The position numbers and the translations under genes were made by a program. From a virus (lineage: Duplodnaviria > Caudoviricetes), in the IMG/VR virus record IMGVR_UViG_2937460283_000002, positions 2,712 through 66,711 of that record: a stretch of DNA of 64,000 nt. The stretch is one strand, 5' to 3'. The notes under the pieces are model-generated. The model was not told where the DNA came from and ran no database searches. It saw nothing but the letters and a program-made list of their open reading frames with translations. Positions 30,043-39,100 of this stretch are shown here, piece by piece (the stretch's first letter is position 1; each line of letters begins with the position of its first letter).

Positions 30043-30464
30043 AAAATCTCCCATTTCGCATTAGTAAAAATGGCGACGCGCTCAGTGAAAATCGAGGTGT
30101 GATATTCTGTTCCCACTTCGCTATCTTTGATTAGCCCATTTGTCGCCAAAATCTGTGCTTTGTTGTTGTCATCTACAGTTGAGCTACTAAGTACGCAAAA
30201 CTCAATACGCGAACCCTCGGCAGCTGTTGCGGGTAAGTGTAATTTGCACGGAGCTTTGAACGCATATTTACACCCGACAATTGCGTTTGTATCTGTTGTG
30301 ATAATGTGAGTACGAGCCATTTCAACAGGCACACCACCTAAAGTTTGCCCGTCACCAATAAACAACTGCTCAGCCTCTGGGGACCAACCCGGCTCGCCGT
30401 TGGCAAGCACGGTTTGTAGCCGTTCTGCCTCGGGGCCGCGTCTAAATTGAATCTTTCGACCCAT
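30039..30464 (-). CDS. Fibre subunit with Mtd_N/hyaluronidase-N-like domain
   Basis: KIQFRRG......VLANGEPGW......LFIGDG. Confidence 0.7.
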   Translation of the reverse strand: MGRKIQFRRGPEAERLQTVLANGEPGWSPEAEQLFIGDGQTLGGVPVEMARTHIITTDTNAIVGCKYAFKAPCKLHLPATAAEGSRIEFCVLSSSTVDDNNKAQILATNGLIKDSEVGTEYHTSIFTERVAIFTNAKWEIL

Positions 30465-31129
30465 TAAAATGTGCCTCCGTCAATGTCGCCGCCTTCAACC
30501 GCTAAGCCCAATGAATTAACCCAATCTTTTACCCATGCGGTGTTGGCAATATGAGTGCTATCGTCAGACAACGCGCGAGTGGGTGCTTTTGGGTTGCCTG
30601 TAAAGTTTGGTGAGGTAAATAACTGTGCTTTAGATTCATTAGTGACGTTGCTTAGACCAACATCGCTTTTATTAATTGTTACCGCACCCGTTTTGCCATT
30701 TACAGCTAAAACGTTATCGGTTGGGGTTCTGAGCAAAATCCAGTTTGAGAGCACGTTGGCAGGTGTGGCTTTTAGCACATATGACTTGTTTTCATCTGTA
30801 CGAATTGCCAAGTCGCCCGGCTGCGCCGTTAGAGCAAGCATCGCCGCTTGGTTTGCTACTTCAAACGGTTGACCAATGGCTAAGCTTGGCAGCACGCCTT
30901 CTGGAATTTTACCGCTGCCATCAAGGGTCAATACCTGATTTACACCTGTGCCAGCATCTTTATAAATGGCGCTGCCAAGGGTGTCAAAAATATCAATACC
31001 ACCAGGGGTTTGACCATCACCTACAAACAGCTTTTTGCTATCGGTAAGCCAAATGGGTTCACCACTTGCGGGGGTTACATTGGTTCTGTTGGCTGCAGGG
31101 CCGCGTCTAAATTGTAATTTGTTTGCCAT
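30464..31129 (-). CDS. Fibre subunit with Mtd_N/hyaluronidase-N-like domain
   Basis: KLQFRRG...SGEPIWLTDSKKLFVGDG; VNGKTGAV, SPNFTGNPKAPT and IANTAWV fibre motifs; ends IDGGTF. Confidence 0.75.
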   Translation of the reverse strand: MANKLQFRRGPAANRTNVTPASGEPIWLTDSKKLFVGDGQTPGGIDIFDTLGSAIYKDAGTGVNQVLTLDGSGKIPEGVLPSLAIGQPFEVANQAAMLALTAQPGDLAIRTDENKSYVLKATPANVLSNWILLRTPTDNVLAVNGKTGAVTINKSDVGLSNVTNESKAQLFTSPNFTGNPKAPTRALSDDSTHIANTAWVKDWVNSLGLAVEGGDIDGGTF

Positions 31130-31674
31130 TATAAAGTGCCTCCATCTAGGCTAGTTGCATTAGGATAAGAATCTGAAAAAGCACCACCATCAAGCGACAA
31201 TAGGCCCATAAATTTGTTGATTTCGTTGCTAACGTGCTCTTGCGTGGCATACACCATAGATGGGTCAACTTTTAAATTAACCGCATTTGCCTGTACCACA
31301 TCGATCACCGCTTTTATGCCAAGCTCGGCGCTGGCGTTGTCGGCAATATTGGGTTTGTATGTTTCTGGATATTTAACAATGGCAAATGCCACATCATCTT
31401 CAGTATAAAAGGCGGCTTCACGAACATAAAAGCCCCCTTCGGTTGAGGGTACTACCCCCACAATTTCGAGCATCGAAGGGCTTTCATCAAGGGTTTTAGA
31501 GCTATTGATTAGCCCCCTAAAGCGTTCATTCGTAAGCCCTTGTGCATCTGGCTGGATTAGGCCGTCGCCTACGGCAAATTTGGTTAAATTGATTTTTTGG
31601 CCTGTGCCAATGGCGTTGGCAATTTTAGCTCGACCTGCTGGGGTCAGCATGGTCCAGTATTGAGGCTGAGACAT
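31129..31674 (-). CDS. Tail-collar fibre adaptor (DUF3751), cassette 3
   Basis: LTPAGRAKIANA...KFAVGDG...GGFYVREAA...YPETYKP...DPSMVYATQEHV; ends in LDGG repeats. Confidence 0.88.
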   Translation of the reverse strand: MSQPQYWTMLTPAGRAKIANAIGTGQKINLTKFAVGDGLIQPDAQGLTNERFRGLINSSKTLDESPSMLEIVGVVPSTEGGFYVREAAFYTEDDVAFAIVKYPETYKPNIADNASAELGIKAVIDVVQANAVNLKVDPSMVYATQEHVSNEINKFMGLLSLDGGAFSDSYPNATSLDGGTL

Positions 31675-32296
31675 AACTACTCCGAGGATATACTTTGATT
31701 TGATTAAAAGATTGGTTAACAAGTGCAATACACAATGACGACTCACTGGTGATTTCACTGGCGTAGTATGGATAAACTGTGGCGGTGATACCTGATGTAG
31801 CAGCACTGGCAATCGTCAACTCAGACTCGCTAAGCAAACTCACCGATAAATCAAACTGCACACTTTCACGTTTGGTATTGGTGATGGTGTCATAGATCTG
31901 TTCTATCACCTCTTGATCTATGCCTTTGTCGGTCACCGACACATCAACTGAAAAGGTCCCCGCTTCACCCTGCGGTGTTTTTTCAAACCACTCTTTTAGG
32001 TCCGTTTTATAACCAAATGGGGTAAGGCCATTGATAATGGCAAAGCGGGTGCCTAAATGTTTATGCTGCTCATAGCTTTGCGATATCACCAAACGTTTGG
32101 TTGTATCACTCCAGCTTTCGTCCCATTGCGTCACACCTTGGCTCCAAGCAAGCCAAGGTAGCAAAGACGTTGGGCAACTTTGTGCATCCCAAAGTGTTGC
32201 TATAAAGTCTGTGCCATCAAAAATTGGCTGTAGAAGATGTTGCGCTGCAACTTGTAGTTCGCTTTGCAGTTGTGTGCCATTGTGCAATTGACTCAT
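31625..32296 (-). CDS. gpI-like tail protein, cassette 3
   Basis: LWDAQSCPTSLLPWLAWSQGVTQWD...HKHLGT...EWFE. Confidence 0.9.
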   Translation of the reverse strand: MSQLHNGTQLQSELQVAAQHLLQPIFDGTDFIATLWDAQSCPTSLLPWLAWSQGVTQWDESWSDTTKRLVISQSYEQHKHLGTRFAIINGLTPFGYKTDLKEWFEKTPQGEAGTFSVDVSVTDKGIDQEVIEQIYDTITNTKRESVQFDLSVSLLSESELTIASAATSGITATVYPYYASEITSESSLCIALVNQSFNQIKVYPRSSYVSASILDHADPSRSS

Positions 32297-33198
32297 GCCA
32301 CAACCTCAAAGGTGATGTTATCTAAACCGTTTTCACACCAGGCAACTTCATCTTGCGCCACAACAATGTTGCTATTTGGCTGAATAAGTTCAACTTCTTC
32401 AACGCCCTCTTGATGCAGCACCGCAAACAATGCCGAGCGTTTGATGCTTTGCCCAAGGCCATTCTGTTTCGCGATAAAGCGCGCTGTTTTTTCAAGTACT
32501 AGCTCTTTAACATGGCTGTTACCGGGGCCTTGCTCTAGTTTGATATGAGCTTGTAACGTAAACGACTTTATTTTTGCCGGCACAATGTCAACGCGATCGC
32601 CAATAGGACGAATTTTTTGCGCCTCTAACACATGCGAAACGTGCTCGGGCGCGCCCGCTTGTAGCCCAAATGCCTCGTGTAAGGTGTTCATTAAACCGCT
32701 TGATGGCAAGCCATTTTGTGACTCGTTACTTAATACCGTGAGCACAACGTGGCAAGGTGAGGGACTGGCAACATGTACATCTTTTACCCGCTCATCAGCG
32801 CTCAAAGTATGATAGCGGTAGCTTTTACCTGTACCTGCGGTGTTTAAGCTATGAAACGCCAGTTGCACTCGCTCGCGCAGCCGCGTGTCGTTTTCGTTTT
32901 GTTGACGTACCACGCCATACTTACTGGCAATATGATCTAAATCACTGCCCATTGCGCTACTGAGCATAGTAGATTTAGCCGCGTCGTTCACTCGTGCGCG
33001 CAGCAACATGGCATGATAGGCATAGGTGTTCAGCAACTGAGTAAGTGGCTCAGACTCAAGCCCCAAGGTTTGCTCAAGCGCTGGGTTTTGCGCTAATAAA
33101 TTGTTTTTTAACTCTGTAAGCAGTTGCTCGTAGTCTAACTGTTGTAACACATTAGGCGGCGGCAACTTTGATAAATCAATCAGTTTAGATTTTGACAT
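32293..33198 (-). CDS. Baseplate wedge gpJ-like, cassette 3
   Basis: IDLSKLPPP...LESEPL...TAGTGKSYRYHTLSAD...IRPIGDRV. Confidence 0.92.
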   Translation of the reverse strand: MSKSKLIDLSKLPPPNVLQQLDYEQLLTELKNNLLAQNPALEQTLGLESEPLTQLLNTYAYHAMLLRARVNDAAKSTMLSSAMGSDLDHIASKYGVVRQQNENDTRLRERVQLAFHSLNTAGTGKSYRYHTLSADERVKDVHVASPSPCHVVLTVLSNESQNGLPSSGLMNTLHEAFGLQAGAPEHVSHVLEAQKIRPIGDRVDIVPAKIKSFTLQAHIKLEQGPGNSHVKELVLEKTARFIAKQNGLGQSIKRSALFAVLHQEGVEEVELIQPNSNIVVAQDEVAWCENGLDNITFEVVA

Positions 33199-33218
33199 AA
33201 GCAGCTCGGCAAAGTGGT

Positions 33219-33923
33219 TTATTGGGCATCGTAAAAATAAATAGCAACGTTATTGGGCGCTAAAATTTGCCCATTACTAATGGTATTGGTGGCCACATTC
33301 AGGTTCATAGCATTGGTAGCGTCAAGCCAGCTTCCACCTTGATTGTAGGCACAAAAATTAGGCCCATCGGCTTGAGCTTGGCGAGTGAGATTAAACGCCG
33401 TGTTACTGCCATCGGGTACATGATTAAGGTTGTATCGACCCATTACCCCTTTGGGAAAGGTTTGCGCAAATTGATTTGGCGCAGCGATTACGTCCATTTG
33501 CGGCATGGCGGTAAACTCTTCCCCTTCACCGATGGTGGCAATCATAATATGCGCGGTAACTTGGCTGTGCTCGCTGATGGTATTTCCCGTACTAAACCAG
33601 TTATCGTCCCCGGTGTTTGGGTTAACCAAAGCAAGGTTTTCACCACCAACTACGATACACTCGTTTACTTGCAGCCATTCACCCAATTGGTGACCACCCG
33701 CAAAACTGCCTAAATTGGTATTACCAAATGAGGTGAATTTGATCAAGACGGGTTGAACAAGGGGCTGAACGAGCGAGTTAGCAAAATATTGCTCACGACC
33801 ATACACAGGCAAGTTTTGGGTAAGTGGATTGTTGACAGGCTCGGCTGCAATGCTATCAATAAAAATAGTACTGGTGGATGCTCGGCACACGTCAGCATGC
33901 ACCAAGGTAAAAGGATTGCTCAT
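33219..33923 (-). CDS. Hypothetical protein
   Basis: 234-aa ORF, first gene after P5; no recognisable family. Confidence 0.6.
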   Translation of the reverse strand: MSNPFTLVHADVCRASTSTIFIDSIAAEPVNNPLTQNLPVYGREQYFANSLVQPLVQPVLIKFTSFGNTNLGSFAGGHQLGEWLQVNECIVVGGENLALVNPNTGDDNWFSTGNTISEHSQVTAHIMIATIGEGEEFTAMPQMDVIAAPNQFAQTFPKGVMGRYNLNHVPDGSNTAFNLTRQAQADGPNFCAYNQGGSWLDATNAMNLNVATNTISNGQILAPNNVAIYFYDAQ

Positions 33924-33966
33924 AGTTTGGCTCTGCTTTTTAATGAATATTCAAAACCGCGCAAAC

Positions 33967-34002
33967 AAAAAATGGGCATAGAGTAAAACCCTATGCCCAT
34001 TT
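33967..34002 (-). terminator. Leader terminator after P5
   Basis: aatgggcatag...ctatgcccatt followed by ttttgttt. Confidence 0.8.
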
Positions 34003-34037
34003 CGTTACGGGAAAGACCACTGTTTCAATTTGCTGAA

Positions 34038-34080
34038 ATAGTAGCAATTATTTAGAAAAGAAAACGGTCAAGTTTGACCG
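34038..34080 (-). promoter_or_regulatory. Conserved module promoter P5
   Basis: CGGTCAAACTTGACCG, 21 bp, TACTAT, 5 bp, CAAATT. Confidence 0.7.
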
Positions 34081-34274
34081 TTTTGAAAAGGAAGTGGCAA
34101 CTAACTGAATTTAGTTACCTTGCTGTTGGAAATGCAAAGCCACTCGCATACTCGTACTAACTCAGGCACAGTCATTCGGAACATCTCAAAAGTGCTCTGT
34201 GAAGATATGCTTAAAACTATGTAGTGAGTGATTTAGCGAGGGCTTTGAATAGGAAGGAAAACAAGTATTAGTAA

Positions 34275-34817
34275 TTATAGGTAAGCGTCAAACTCAACGG
34301 TCTCGAATTCAAGTCTAAAATCAGCACCTATACGCGCTAAGCCACGGTTTACACGTGCAGCGCTGATGGTATAGTTGCCCGAGTTTACAAACTGACCGCT
34401 AAGCAACACTTTAGCATCTTTAATTGTTGCGATGTAACGCATATCATCTACAGGCAATTGGCCGTCGACCACACGCTCACACATTAGCATAAGTTCAGTA
34501 TCGTTTAACGAATCAGGCAGTGGCGCTTCTTCATCAGCAGCTTGCAGGTCAGCAGTTAATGTAAACTCCGTGCCTACTTTTACCCAATGAATATCACCCA
34601 CTAAGCGTGCGGCTTCACCCGTCACGGTTACATCAGTTAATGCAAGCTGTGCTAATGGTGCTTGCTCAGAGGCTTGTTGTATATCAGCCTGTGGCGCAAA
34701 GTAATCTGCTACTTCTTGCTCGTTTTGCCACACTTCGCCTGTGAGCGGGTTAGTTAAATGCGTTACCCCGTTTACCGTAACGCTCTGATTTTGGCTATCA
34801 AAAATAAAGTCTGTCAT
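34275..34817 (-). CDS. Hypothetical fibre-associated protein
   Basis: THLTNPLTGEVWQ resembles the 11986..12513 N-terminus. Confidence 0.55.
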   Translation of the reverse strand: MTDFIFDSQNQSVTVNGVTHLTNPLTGEVWQNEQEVADYFAPQADIQQASEQAPLAQLALTDVTVTGEAARLVGDIHWVKVGTEFTLTADLQAADEEAPLPDSLNDTELMLMCERVVDGQLPVDDMRYIATIKDAKVLLSGQFVNSGNYTISAARVNRGLARIGADFRLEFETVEFDAYL

Positions 34818-34847
34818 TGTAATATCCTTAAATTAATTGAGCGTGGT

Positions 34848-36161
34848 TTAAATTGCTTGCGCAATGCCTTCGGTGGTTTCGATGCGAGAAGAGCTGATAT
34901 AAATTATTTTGTTATGCTGGCGGCTAATAGCGGCTATGTGACAATCATACTGAGTAATATAAAAATCATTATCCTTTTTGCGGTAACCAATGGTTATTTT
35001 AACTTGACGTTCACCTGCATGTTTTGTTTTTGGTAGAAGGGCAACACCTGAATAACGACTAAAGCTACTGTAATCAGAGTTTGTCACGTCGTGATAAGGT
35101 AGCCAAGCATCCCCATGTAAATCAACCGGAAGACTAGTTTGGCCTAGCACTAAACCCTGCTCACGAGAAAATTCATATTGGCGTGCCCGCCAAACAAACT
35201 TTGGCGGAGTGCAAATAACTTGGTCTGAACTCCCTTGGAGACTACTTATATTTTCATTGCTATGTGAATAGGCCCGAATTTCGACTGAATAATAGCCTTT
35301 TTGAGTAGTAAACTCTTGCTCAAAAGCCGCTTTATTAGCAATTGCTTTACCCATTTCCGCTTCCCCTGACGATGTACGACTATATGCTTTACCACCACGC
35401 ACATAGATTAACGCTCTATCAGATTTACGCACTTTTAATGCAGAAAAGTCTACTAAAATAGAGGTATCTATTGACCAACTATTCGCTTTGTGAATGTTAA
35501 TCGTCAGCGCTGAAGCGCTATTGTAATTGGCATTACTCGTAAATAGCCTGGCAGTGTTGTCATGATATGGTAGTAACCCGTATCCATGACCACTCGCTGT
35601 CAACGAGATTTTTCGACTAATGACTTCTACTTCACCTTGAGCGTTTATTTTTCCTAATTTCGCGGAAACGTAGCGATATACATCACTTGTACTCCATGTT
35701 GTGTAGCCTCTATCGTAATAAAAATACATCTCTTTAGTATCAAAGTCTTCAATCGAAATATAGCTCGTTGGTGCTTGAGTAGATGTATTACTGTATTGTG
35801 AAGGGTGCTGCTGATAGTTCAAGTTTTGAATGGCATTCACTGGTGTTTGGCTAAAATAAAAGCTTTTTTGTGTCGCATTATTGATTGATTTAATCAACTC
35901 AGGAATTTTCGACAGCTCTTGTGTTGCTTGTACCGCAAAAGCGTCTTTTGCGCTATTCAGCGACGCGGTGCTTTGGCCTAGCGAGTCTGTGGCTGTATCT
36001 AAGTGTTGCTCTGCTACAGCAACCAGTGCGGCTTCTACATTTGCGCCAGAAGTGAGCTGATTAATAGCTACACCAAGTTGCGCGTTTTCTTGAGGGGTAA
36101 GTGTGCCGTTGACAATTTTATTGGTCAACGTTTGCACTGCATTTGCAATTGTATTAGACAT
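34848..36161 (-). CDS. Putative fibre/receptor-binding protein of the non-contractile module
   Basis: ANVEAALVAVAEQHLDTAT N-terminus paralogous to 12523..13902. Confidence 0.55.
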   Translation of the reverse strand: MSNTIANAVQTLTNKIVNGTLTPQENAQLGVAINQLTSGANVEAALVAVAEQHLDTATDSLGQSTASLNSAKDAFAVQATQELSKIPELIKSINNATQKSFYFSQTPVNAIQNLNYQQHPSQYSNTSTQAPTSYISIEDFDTKEMYFYYDRGYTTWSTSDVYRYVSAKLGKINAQGEVEVISRKISLTASGHGYGLLPYHDNTARLFTSNANYNSASALTINIHKANSWSIDTSILVDFSALKVRKSDRALIYVRGGKAYSRTSSGEAEMGKAIANKAAFEQEFTTQKGYYSVEIRAYSHSNENISSLQGSSDQVICTPPKFVWRARQYEFSREQGLVLGQTSLPVDLHGDAWLPYHDVTNSDYSSFSRYSGVALLPKTKHAGERQVKITIGYRKKDNDFYITQYDCHIAAISRQHNKIIYISSSRIETTEGIAQAI

Positions 36162-36180
36162 GATTTCTCCTTAATAAAAA

Positions 36181-39100
36181 TTAGATAAATGCGGCAGCAA
36201 TTGGGTTAGTTGCAGCCACAGCGGCTCTGACTGGGTCTTGAATATAGTCTTGCCACTCTTGTTCGGTTTTACCGGCAAATTTTTGGCTATCGCCAGAAGT
36301 TACTTGATTTGCTGATGCTTGAAGTTGTTGATTAAAGTTACCTTGGTGGATCACTTTTTGGTTGTAGTTGGGACCTGCGTAAATATCGCCTTTGACATAA
36401 GTAGGCCTGCCAAAGTAAAACTTTTCTCTGTCGGTATCAAAATGACACCAATTGCTGTTTTGCGGCCCTATATCAACATAACCATTATTGGTGATGGCTC
36501 TGACTGTATTGCTCACACCTTTTGCAAGCTTGGTATTTGAGTCTTGAAGTTGAATATCACTGCGAAACTTAACCCAGCGACTTTGATAATTCATCTGCAT
36601 AGCCCAGTTGTCAGCTATATTGTCTGATCCTAAGTTCCCCATACCAATATATGAGTAACCATCTCCTATATAGCTCAAATGCAGTGACGCTGAGTTATCT
36701 CGACCAGACTCACCAATTGAGATACCCGCAGCCTGCTCATTGGTATTCGAGCCGCTAGAGCTACTGTCCAATGTCAGCCACGGGTTGTTTTTGCTGATAT
36801 TAATATCAGCACCAAAGTCAAAGGCTTGGCTGTTGGTATACTTCATGGCCACTTTGTTAGTGTGCGAGTCGTAAATACCGGTATAGCCATTGGCCGTGTT
36901 TGGTGACCATATATAGCTATCAGTGCCCGACATTTTTAAGTCGCCACTGACTTTTACATCCCCAGTAAATGCCCATTCACCATTTGCGGCAACTTTTGAC
37001 CAGTCACTTCCATAGTTGATGTACAACTGATCAGTAGCCCCAACTAAAGCGCGTTTATCACGGATTTTAAGATCTTGCCCGCTATTGGTATCAACATGTG
37101 AGCTTTCAAAACGCGCGAGCTTGTCGCTTTTGCCGTGGTATTTATTGCTAAGTAACTTATCGCCTTCTTGTAATGCAGCTGCCTTGACCTTACCTCTAAA
37201 TTCCCAGTCGTTACTCAAATGTAAGTTTCTAGCAGTCCAATGAGTTTGTCCGCTAGAGCGTCTGAATAGGGTAAAATAATCTGCCCCTGAGCCGCTGGTC
37301 ACTGGACTATTGTCACCATTGTATTCAATACCGCCACCGTGATTTGGGCTTTGCCCCACATACACAATGCCAGTTGTTTGTGCATCCACTTCAGCGCATA
37401 CATTAAGTACCGCAGCGCCACTGTCATTGGCGCGAATATTTACCGTGGTATTGTCGCCGTTATCAAAGGTTGCATTACCATTAATTGCCAGCCCCGAGGC
37501 TGTAACATAACCTTTTACCTTAAGCCCCCAGTCTTTTAGTGACATCCACTCAGTGATTGAGCTTCCACTTCTGTGTTGCCATCTAAAATATTCATTTAAG
37601 TTATCTGAGGTTTCAAAATACAGGTAACTATTGGTATCTTGGTCCGAGGTATTTTGAAATCCAATCGCAGCACCATCAGAGTTTTCTACCCAGCGAAGTG
37701 CTTGATTAGTTAAATCAATACTTTCACCCTTAGCAACGGCACCAATCTCGCTTGGTGTGGGTTTATGACCTTCGTGGTAGACTTGGTTACCTTGCACCGT
37801 GATAGTAGCTTCTCGGTTATCAGCTGAGCTTAGGGCAATACCTGACTTTGTTCCTTCATGTATAAACTCTTGAGGATAACCTTCGGTATTAAAGTCACCA
37901 ATCTCTATCACTTCCTGCCCATAACTTTGTACAGTTATGTTCATAGCAATGGCACTTGGAGTGTCAACTTTTGCTTGGATTAAAAAGTGTTCATTGGTAT
38001 TTGAAAGCAGACGTAAAGTAACTTGTGAGTAAGGCCCACTGAGCGACTTGATTGTAAAATCACTGTGATGATTGACTATGATTTCAGCCGAAAACGCAAC
38101 AACCGTGCTATCAGTCGTTCCTTTTAAGTTTAGCCGGATCATTGAGGCAAGCTCTGCCCCCGTTACTTTTGCAATCGTTTTAAACTCACTTTTAGTCACA
38201 AGTGGCGTACGACCAGAGATAGAAGGTAATGCTTTTACATCTGAAGCTAAGGGCTTATTGCCTTCATGATAAACCCGTTGGTTATAACCTTCCCCTGCGT
38301 AAATGTCGCCCTTAACTTTTAATTCCTTGTTAAACCAATGGTTGGGTCTATCGGTCTCATAGTGGCAAAAGTTGTCATTTTGCGCACCTAATTTTAGATA
38401 CCCCCTGCCATTTGAGACTTTAAACGCCTTGTCACCATATTCACCGGTCGTAGTTTCTAAAGTGACGCCACTTACTTTTACAGAGTCAGAAAACGCCCAC
38501 GCGCCTTTGGCGGATACATTAGAAAAATCGCCATTGTAGTTGACGTACAGCATCTCGGGCGTGTGAGCTACAAGCGCACGACCACCTCTAAGTCTAAAGT
38601 CATTACCGTGAGTAAAGTCGAACTCAGAGTCCACCAAGCGCTGTAATTTGCTATCTGCTGCTTGCAGTCCTGCACGCGCTTCACTGACTACTTCCTCTTT
38701 GGTTTTGCCTCCTAAGCGCTGTGAATCAGGTGCTGTGCCCCCTGCAATTTCTGCCACTTCATTACGAATTGACTGTGCCTCAACAACAGAATTTGCAGCA
38801 CTATCTTCACTGGCTTTTGCCGCAACCTGACTGGCTTGTGCCGTTGCAGCCGATTGCGCTGCATTGCTTTCACTGGTTTTGGCTGCCGCTTTACTCGCAG
38901 CGGCTGCCGTAGCCGATGATGCGGCATTGGTTTCACTGGTTTTCGCCGCAGCTTTACTTGTAGCTGCAGCGCTGGCTGAGCTGGCTGCCGCTGATTGACT
39001 AGAGGCTGCTGCGGTTTTACTACTCGCTGCGCTACTTGCAGAATTTGCTGCTGCGGTTTCGCTGGCCTTGGCCGCTTCTTCGCTACCAAGCGCTGCCTCG

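Noticed and set aside
30039-31129. Diversity-generating retroelement suggested by Mtd_N-like domains
   Set aside because: No reverse transcriptase and no template/variable repeat pair differing at adenines was seen.
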